Virus record (IMG/VR): IMGVR_UViG_3300034082_004432
Coordinates: 62,001 to 121,334 of that record
Source of the DNA: an uncultured virus (IMG/VR IMGVR_UViG_3300034082_004432)
Taxonomy: Duplodnaviria; Heunggongvirae; Uroviricota; Caudoviricetes
Strand: one strand, 5' to 3'
DNA: 59,334 nucleotides
Shown: in pieces, positions 53,368 to 59,334 of the stretch
Layout: the number at the start of each line of letters is the position of its first letter
Position numbering within the stretch: position 1 is the first letter of the stretch
Translations under genes and position numbers: made by a program
Notes under the pieces: model-generated
Database searches by the model: none
Told to the model about the DNA's origin: nothing
Seen by the model: the letters and a program-made list of their open reading frames with translations, nothing else

Positions 53368-53631
53368 TTATTTTTTGCCAAATAAATGATAAACAGCTTC
53401 ATTGACGATTGGCTGTAAGCTCATTCCTTTTGAATATAATCTCACGTTGGCAATAGAACCATAGCTTTCATCCAAATACTTAAACAATCTTCTTAACTTT
53501 CTATCAACTTCGATTTCAGAAGGATTGTAATTTTTTTGAAGAGCACAAAGTCTTCTGATAGCATTTTCGCCATCAATTTTAATGATCTTCATCTCGTAAG
53601 TTGGTTGTTGCGGATCTGGTTCAGTACTCAT
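53368..53631 (-). CDS. Hypothetical protein
   Basis: 87-aa ORF, tightly packed in the operon. Confidence 0.7.
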   Translation of the reverse strand: MSTEPDPQQPTYEMKIIKIDGENAIRRLCALQKNYNPSEIEVDRKLRRLFKYLDESYGSIANVRLYSKGMSLQPIVNEAVYHLFGKK

Positions 53632-53633
53632 AA

Positions 53634-53867
53634 TTATTTACTTATATCTAAATTTTGTACGTGAATTTCGTTATATGCAAAAGCAACATTTTGGCTTGGG
53701 ACATTGAATAAACATATCACCATCTTCTCATCTTTGAATATAGTGTAAAAATCTTTATTCACTAAAAGAACACCCTCAATTGGTCCTATAAGTGCTGATG
53801 GATTGTAGGTTTGAATTTTCCATTTTCCATTACCCCTATTTTGTGAATTATTATCAACTGTTGCCAT
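53634..53867 (-). CDS. Hypothetical protein
   Basis: 77-aa ORF with GGAGG RBS. Confidence 0.75.
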   Translation of the reverse strand: MATVDNNSQNRGNGKWKIQTYNPSALIGPIEGVLLVNKDFYTIFKDEKMVICLFNVPSQNVAFAYNEIHVQNLDISK

Positions 53868-53927
53868 ATTTTTTCCTCCAAAACGAATATATTATTATTT
53901 GTAGACTCACTTATATCCTACCTATAT

Positions 53928-53945
53928 GTATAATATTTAGGAGGG
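53928..53945 (+). promoter_or_regulatory. Sigma70-like -10 box and RBS for clpX
   Basis: GTATAAT (53928-53934) and AGGAGG(G) upstream of ATG 53952. Confidence 0.6.
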
Positions 53946-53951
53946 AAACAT

Positions 53952-55304
53952 ATGGGTAATAAGACATTAGTTCACGCTTGTAATTTTTGCGATAGACCGG
54001 CCACCAAAGATGTATTAGGCGAATTAGAAATATTTGAGTACAAAATTGCAAAAATTTATCTTTGTGATCAATGTTTCAAGAGCTACAAAACTGGAAATAA
54101 ATTTGGACAGCTTCAAATTCATCAAAACATCATGTCATTGATAATCAATGCTGAAGATGATGCTCCTATTCTTAGTTTGAAAGAAAAGTTAGCTGAAGTA
54201 GCTCCACTATCTAAAAAGTTCTTATTTGAAAGAAGACAGAATATTTTTAAGAAAGTTACTCCACAAGATCTTTATGAAAATTTAGACAAAAAAGTTGTTG
54301 GGCAAGATAACGCAAAGAAGCGAATTAGTATAGCTGTGTTTGAACATATGAGAAATATCATGCATACTAGACTAAATGATAAGCAAAATATTTTGTTTCT
54401 TGGTCCTTCTGGTAGTGGAAAAACTTTGATTGTTAATACAATTTCTAAGTTTTTAGATGTGCCTTATGTTTCCGGAGATGCAACATCTTTTTCTCCAACA
54501 GGCTTTCAAGGATCTGATTCAGACTCTGTAATTACTGATTTATTGATAAAAGCAAATGGTGAACCTGGCCTTGCGGAAAAAGGTGTCGTTTTCATTGATG
54601 AAATTGATAAGCTTGCTTCCAATATGAGTTCAGCAACAAGATTAGAAAGCTTTCATTATTCAACACAAAGCACTCTTTTGAAGTTGATAGAAGGCAAAAA
54701 AATAAAGGTAAATTCGTCTGCTTTAGGAGAACAAGGCTCTCCTCCAGTAGTAGTCGATACATCTAGTATTTTATTTTGTTTTGGAGGCGCTTTTAACGGG
54801 CTGGAAAAGATTGTTGCTAAGAAGCTAGGTCTCACTGAAGGATCTATAGGATTCAGAAATACAAAAAGTGCTGATTATGAGACTCAAATAAAAAATTATG
54901 AAATTTATGAAAAAGCTTCACACGAAATTTTGAGTGAAAGTTTGATTGAATATGGCATGTCTACAGAGTTCGTTGGCCGAATTCAGAGCATAGTTCCTTT
55001 GGTTCCTTTATCAAAAGAACAAATGCTATATTGCTTGTTGCAACTTGAAGACTCTCCAATAATTAAGAATCAAATTATGTTTGCTGAATCTAATGTTGAA
55101 TTGATGTTCGATGAAGAATATTATGATGAAGTAGTTGAAAAAGCCATCAAGTCTGGCACTGGAACTAGAGCGTTAAATTCTATAGTAAAGGCTTCATTAT
55201 CAAGTGCAGCATTTGATTTATTGGGATTACAACACAGCCAAGTAAAAAAGGTTTCTATATCTAAAGGTTGTGTATCAAATCCAAAATTATACACACTTGA
55301 ATAA
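53952..55304 (+). CDS. clpX: ClpX-family AAA+ unfoldase (divergent)
   Basis: Zn-binding CNFC..CDQC, VVGQDNAK, GPSGSGKT, VFIDEIDK, CFGGAF.GL, IGF loop, EFVGRI, GTRAL. Confidence 0.9.
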   Translation: MGNKTLVHACNFCDRPATKDVLGELEIFEYKIAKIYLCDQCFKSYKTGNKFGQLQIHQNIMSLIINAEDDAPILSLKEKLAEVAPLSKKFLFERRQNIFKKVTPQDLYENLDKKVVGQDNAKKRISIAVFEHMRNIMHTRLNDKQNILFLGPSGSGKTLIVNTISKFLDVPYVSGDATSFSPTGFQGSDSDSVITDLLIKANGEPGLAEKGVVFIDEIDKLASNMSSATRLESFHYSTQSTLLKLIEGKKIKVNSSALGEQGSPPVVVDTSSILFCFGGAFNGLEKIVAKKLGLTEGSIGFRNTKSADYETQIKNYEIYEKASHEILSESLIEYGMSTEFVGRIQSIVPLVPLSKEQMLYCLLQLEDSPIIKNQIMFAESNVELMFDEEYYDEVVEKAIKSGTGTRALNSIVKASLSSAAFDLLGLQHSQVKKVSISKGCVSNPKLYTLE

Positions 55305-55339
55305 AGGTTGTCTATTTTGACATCTAGTAATTTAATAAC

Positions 55340-56275
55340 ATGGAAAATCATGAAATTATTAAGCTTGCAGTAAGGTTAACAGAAGAGAATAATTATGTTT
55401 GCAAAATTGCTGCAATCAATCAAGCTTTTATGATTAAAGCAAAAGATAAGCTAGGTACAATCGATACTTTCATTACTGTGAGAGGTATTGAGACAGCAGA
55501 TCAGTGGAAATTAGCATTTACAACTGCAGGATTCTCTGATGTAATTGTCTCCCCTTTTAGAGGAAGTGGCAATCTGTCTATGAAAGATGTAAATAGTGAT
55601 TTATTTGACGCAGTTTCTGAACGTGCAAAATGGAGATTTGAGACAAAACCTGAAGGTTACAATACTCCTTTCACATCTTATAATCCATATGCTGGGAAAG
55701 ATACTGAATTTGATTCATCTGACCCTAGATTAAGTAAAACTGTTTCCGTTGATGACACTAATGAATATCAGAAATATTTATTTGAAAAATATTTTAAAAA
55801 AGAAAAAGACAGAATTTTTTCAGGTTGGTTTGATGGAAGTTTGGTAGATTGGTTGTCTAAAATTGCTAGTATTGATACAGAAGTAAATGAAATATTAAGT
55901 AAAAAAACTTTTGCATATTTGTATTCTTCTCCCAAGATTATTCAATTTATGTATGACATGAGTGTTCACAATCCAGAATTTGATCCGAAAACTTTTGAAC
56001 CAAGCAAAGTCCAAATAAAAAATCTTATAATAAAAATGTATCCTTTAATAAATATTTTAGTTTCGTCTGATGTTGATGCTGATGAATTTCCAGAAAATTT
56101 AATTTACCCTCAACTTGATATGATTGTTCAAAAAGCAAGAAATCATAAATTTTTCAAACAATATGAACAAAAAGACTTAAACGAAATGCAACAATCTGAA
56201 ATTAATCAGCAATTTGAAAAAGATAAAGCAACATACCAAAAAATAAAGAGATTCTTGAGAGGTCTTTCAGCATGA
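55340..56275 (+). CDS. Hypothetical protein
   Basis: 311-aa ORF; N-terminus IIKLAVRL..KIAA. Confidence 0.75.
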   Translation: MENHEIIKLAVRLTEENNYVCKIAAINQAFMIKAKDKLGTIDTFITVRGIETADQWKLAFTTAGFSDVIVSPFRGSGNLSMKDVNSDLFDAVSERAKWRFETKPEGYNTPFTSYNPYAGKDTEFDSSDPRLSKTVSVDDTNEYQKYLFEKYFKKEKDRIFSGWFDGSLVDWLSKIASIDTEVNEILSKKTFAYLYSSPKIIQFMYDMSVHNPEFDPKTFEPSKVQIKNLIIKMYPLINILVSSDVDADEFPENLIYPQLDMIVQKARNHKFFKQYEQKDLNEMQQSEINQQFEKDKATYQKIKRFLRGLSA

Positions 56276-56952
56276 GTAAATTTAGAAAAATTGCAGCGAT
56301 TCCCGCCAAGCTACCAGGCAATGCTGGCATGGCAGGTTTGTTTAGTCAGTTTATGGATGCTAAAGATATGGATGAATTCTTAAATAAAAAGAACATCTCG
56401 AGAAACTTACAATTTATAGCAGCTTTATTTCCTGGTTTTACAGACAGATATTCTCCATCAGCTTTTTACCATGCTTTAGAATATGATAAAGACAGAGGCT
56501 ACAATAATACCTCTCACTCACAAGGCGCACATGAACTTTTAGATCCAAAAATTATGGAGGAAGTGAAAAAGTTTAAGAAGAATCCTCCAAAAGACCTTAA
56601 GGATGTAGACGGAAAACCAATAAAAAGTTTGGAAAATATAAATTTACCAGAGACATCAGGAAGATATAAAGCCATGGAAGAACAATTGTATCCAGAAGAA
56701 AAGAAAGAAGCTCAAAATACTAATTCTAAATTTGTAAAAACTTCTCAAGTATCAAAAGCTAAAGAATTAGAAAGAATCGTTCCAAAGTGGACTATTGAAG
56801 ATGTTATTAAAGACATGGCAAGAGTTGCAAAAAGATCAGATCTTTCACAAGTAGACAAACAACAAACAATGATTAACATATTATCAAATTATGAAAAATT
56901 GATAGCTCCGTTGAGTAATTTTCTAAATAAAAATGGCATACAATATAAATAA
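56272..56952 (+). CDS. Hypothetical protein with RKIAA and VKTSQ tags
   Basis: 226-aa ORF, ATGA-coupled. Confidence 0.75.
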   Translation: MSKFRKIAAIPAKLPGNAGMAGLFSQFMDAKDMDEFLNKKNISRNLQFIAALFPGFTDRYSPSAFYHALEYDKDRGYNNTSHSQGAHELLDPKIMEEVKKFKKNPPKDLKDVDGKPIKSLENINLPETSGRYKAMEEQLYPEEKKEAQNTNSKFVKTSQVSKAKELERIVPKWTIEDVIKDMARVAKRSDLSQVDKQQTMINILSNYEKLIAPLSNFLNKNGIQYK

Positions 56953-57694
56953 ATTATTTGAAATTGCAAAGTTATTAGATACAAAGGGTAAGTACTCTTT
57001 ATCTGATAAAGTTGATAATTTCATTAAGACTTCTCAAAGTTTACTTCCAACTTTGCCAAGTGAATATCAGCCTACATCATCGCCTGTAACTGGAAATCCA
57101 TTTATTGACTCAATGTTTCAAAACATGAGCGATACAGCAGCTGGATCACAATTTGCTGGAGGTGGAATGTATGATCGTTTTTCACCTTACAAATCCAAAA
57201 TGGGTCCAAATGCTCCAGGTATATTGCCTACAATTACTCCTGCTCAATTAGCTGAATTATCAAAAACTGAAAAAGGCAGAGAGTATCTTGCACAAATGCA
57301 ACTTAGAGGTGGTTTAAAAGCCACAAATTATGAAAATTTATCAAATGCAGGTATGACAAGTTTTGCAAAGCTTGTAGACCAGTTCTTGAATCCTGGAGTT
57401 GCCAAAGAAGTTCAGCAATCATTTTTGAATGATACTTTCCCAGGCGCATTAACTGGCCAATTATCTAATATTTTGACAAGATTTCCAATTAATGAATGGC
57501 TTATGAGATTAAACCCATTTTATAACCTTGCTTCAAAATATCCTCAACATTCAGCAAAAATTACACAGAGTATAAATACTGCTGCAAAATCTGCAATAGA
57601 AAATTTAAGATATCACGATCCAGTTCAATACGAAAAAATTATTAAAGATCCTAAATTCAAGCCATTTCAAGCAAAATTTAATTTCAATATTTAG
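56933..57694 (+). CDS. Hypothetical protein with the shared N-terminal helix motif and IKTSQ
   Basis: LFEIAKLLDTKGKYSLSDKVDNFIKTSQ. Confidence 0.78.
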   Translation: MAYNINKLFEIAKLLDTKGKYSLSDKVDNFIKTSQSLLPTLPSEYQPTSSPVTGNPFIDSMFQNMSDTAAGSQFAGGGMYDRFSPYKSKMGPNAPGILPTITPAQLAELSKTEKGREYLAQMQLRGGLKATNYENLSNAGMTSFAKLVDQFLNPGVAKEVQQSFLNDTFPGALTGQLSNILTRFPINEWLMRLNPFYNLASKYPQHSAKITQSINTAAKSAIENLRYHDPVQYEKIIKDPKFKPFQAKFNFNI

Positions 57695-57712
57695 ATTCTG
57701 TACAAAATTTAT

Positions 57713-58456
57713 ATGTCAGAATTATGTCCAGTTTATTTATCATCTGGTGATTGTTTAGTAAAAGTATTATCAAACCCAAGATTATCTTCATTTATCGCTA
57801 AAATTCAGCTTGATGTTGTAATAGAATCTTGGGGTAAAGATTGTCAAGGCAATCGTAATTTATGCACTTTTAAACATCAAATTGAAGAACAATCCTCCCC
57901 AGAACCAGAACCAACTCCAGAACCAATAATTGATAATAAAACAAAAATTAGTATTCATAAGATAGAAAATCCTTATCTTGTCAAGGCTGATGTTTTAGTT
58001 TACCCTACTAATATTGGTCTTACTATTGATGATCCTTTACTCAATAAAATGTCTCGTGGTGTTGTTCAAAATGAGCTTGACAGATTTCAAAAACCTATTA
58101 ATATGGGAACTGTTTACATTACTTCAAACGGTGGTGAAAATTCTAAAGTCAAATCTAGAAAAATTTATCACGCTACAGTGTCTGGAGAAAGTAGGCTTGT
58201 AAATGAAGTGGATCTCAAATCTGCAATGAGAAAAGCTTTGTTTTTAGCAGATGAAGAACAAGCCAGAAATGTACTTTTCATACCTGCTGATTGTGGCACT
58301 CACGATATCAATGATGCTGCTAGAGTTCAATTAGCTGCTATCAAGACCTATTTACAATCAGCCAAAGAATCAAATATTAAGAATATTTTCATCGTAATGG
58401 AAGACGAGGAGAGTTATCAAGTCTTTGAAGAATATTATAATAGAATCTTTCTTTGA
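57713..58456 (+). CDS. Divergent macro-domain protein with Cys-containing N-terminal domain and PEPEPTPEP linker
   Basis: KADVLVYPTN (cf. DAIVNAAN), GTVYITSNGG..KSRKIYHATV, RNVLFIPA..G, IKNIFIV. Confidence 0.7.
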   Translation: MSELCPVYLSSGDCLVKVLSNPRLSSFIAKIQLDVVIESWGKDCQGNRNLCTFKHQIEEQSSPEPEPTPEPIIDNKTKISIHKIENPYLVKADVLVYPTNIGLTIDDPLLNKMSRGVVQNELDRFQKPINMGTVYITSNGGENSKVKSRKIYHATVSGESRLVNEVDLKSAMRKALFLADEEQARNVLFIPADCGTHDINDAARVQLAAIKTYLQSAKESNIKNIFIVMEDEESYQVFEEYYNRIFL

Positions 58457-58467
58457 GGCATAATTGA

Positions 58468-58794
58468 ATGGAACAAAATATAGAATGCAACAACTCATCA
58501 AATTTAATTTGTGGTCTTCTTGATACCTTTAGTTGTGCAGCTTATATTTTAGATGACAATAAAAACCTGATAATGAATGACAAAGCACGAGAACTTTTTA
58601 TGAAAGGTCTTGACATAAAAAATTATCTATCAGCATCATATATACAATTTAGAGATCAAAGATACAGTTTGAAACAAAAAGATATAAATCACGGCACAAA
58701 AAGCAAATTATTTATTCTTGAAACTGTTGATGACACTATTGTAAAACTTTCAGAATCCTCAAAGAAATTACGACAAGTTCTCTCTGCTCTTTAA
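58468..58794 (+). CDS. Small PAS-like domain protein
   Basis: LLDTFSCAAYILDDNKNLIMNDKARELF resembles the N-terminal part of a PAS fold. Confidence 0.45.
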   Translation: MEQNIECNNSSNLICGLLDTFSCAAYILDDNKNLIMNDKARELFMKGLDIKNYLSASYIQFRDQRYSLKQKDINHGTKSKLFILETVDDTIVKLSESSKKLRQVLSAL

Positions 58795-58806
58795 TTGGAG
58801 GATACA

Positions 58807-59262
58807 ATGCAAGATAACGAAGTCGGATTAGAACAACTTAAGAGCGTTTATAAAGCACAGACAGAGGCATATTTAGATTTTAATATGGCCCTCATCAATA
58901 TTCTTACAAATCAAAAAGAAATATTAGCTCGTGTAGAATCTTTAAAATTATTATCCGAAGATGAATTTAAAAAACTTTCTAAAGATTATGCAGTTTTAGA
59001 AAGATTATTTGAAAATTTCCAAACAGCACAAGTTAAAAGAGATTCTGACATTGAAGAAGCAACTCTTGAATACACTGCGCAAATTTCTGATTTTGGTTCT
59101 GATATCTCTGAAGTCAAAGAAGATATCAAGAGTATGAAGAAAATCTATTGGGATGTAAAAAACACAATAAACAGAATTATGTGGACAATTGGTGGAGTTA
59201 TTGCTTTCTTAACTGTGCTTCAATTATTTACTGGCAAAACTGTATCGGATTTTGTAAAGTAA
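58807..59262 (+). CDS. Coiled-coil protein with C-terminal TM helix (holin/XhlA-like layout)
   Basis: Start ATG 58807 behind GGAGGA; heptad-like region then IMWTIGGVIAFLTVLQLF. Confidence 0.6.
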   Translation: MQDNEVGLEQLKSVYKAQTEAYLDFNMALINILTNQKEILARVESLKLLSEDEFKKLSKDYAVLERLFENFQTAQVKRDSDIEEATLEYTAQISDFGSDISEVKEDIKSMKKIYWDVKNTINRIMWTIGGVIAFLTVLQLFTGKTVSDFVK

Positions 59263-59334
59263 TGCCAACTGTAGCTTGTTATTGTGAAAAATGTGGGCAA
59301 AGTTTTTTCTTAAAAGATGAATTGTATTTGCCTG
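59262..59334 (+). CDS. Partial CDS (zinc-ribbon-like start), truncated by the window end
   Basis: TAATG coupling; MPTVACYCEKCGQSFFLKDELYLP, open to the edge. Confidence 0.6.
   Translation, partial: MPTVACYCEKCGQSFFLKDELYLP

Noticed and set aside
55317..55322. TTGACA -35 box before 55340
   Set aside because: A 17-nt spacer would put the -10 on the start codon, and no matching -10 is present.
1143..58202. Many 60-180 aa ORFs nested in or antisense to long genes (e.g. 37839..38387, 39699..40139, 33516..33899, 19388..19702)
   Set aside because: Shadow frames of well-supported genes, with no RBS or motifs noticed.
1..59334. Bacterial chromosome origin suggested by gyrA, gyrB, dnaK, dnaJ and clpX
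   Set aside because: The genes lack their normal operon partners (dnaA/dnaN/recF, grpE/hrcA, tig/clpP), are divergent, and are interleaved with giant fibre genes and a lysozyme. This fits a large phage better, although no capsid or terminase gene is in the window.
1..59334. Stop-codon reassignment as seen in some huge phages
   Set aside because: Standard-code ORFs tile the window almost completely, and TAA, TAG and TGA all end genes at sensible positions.
1..59334. tRNA, rRNA, CRISPR array, transposase or integrase
   Set aside because: Intergenic gaps are short (largest about 270 bp) and show no cloverleaf or repeat-spacer pattern; no recombinase motifs recognised.

Overview
AT-rich (roughly 30% GC by eye), densely coding segment read in the standard genetic code. 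It is most consistent with a large 'jumbo/huge' tailed phage genome, not a bacterial chromosome. 1-24 kb is a co-oriented block of very large S/T/N-rich virion appendage proteins with tail-fibre repeats, SwmB-like repeats, beta-propellers, a PA14-like domain and a vWA domain. 24-33 kb holds three different serine peptidases (S8, S26, S1), DnaJ, an SF2 helicase, DnaK, a MerC-like membrane protein and a DUF151-like protein. 33-50 kb (minus strand) holds putative tail-tube and other structural genes, gyrA/gyrB, a 1941-aa fibre protein, PIN-PhoH and a second J-domain protein. 50-59 kb holds a GH108 lysozyme, a divergent ClpX, a macro-like domain and unknowns. Most notable, read directly from the sequence: (i) otherwise unrelated proteins share a portable helix motif ([LI]Axx[LF]DxxGxYSx[AS]Dx[IV]) and/or an [IV]K[IT]SQ tag, a candidate virion cargo-targeting and processing system; (ii) two promoter classes, sigma70-like -10 boxes placed to give leaderless mRNAs and a WAGG-N19/20-(G/T/A)AAW motif; (iii) an unannotated 23-aa ORF with its own promoter, strong RBS and flanking hairpins; (iv) a rewired proteostasis toolkit. 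All family calls come from motif recognition; no database searches were run.
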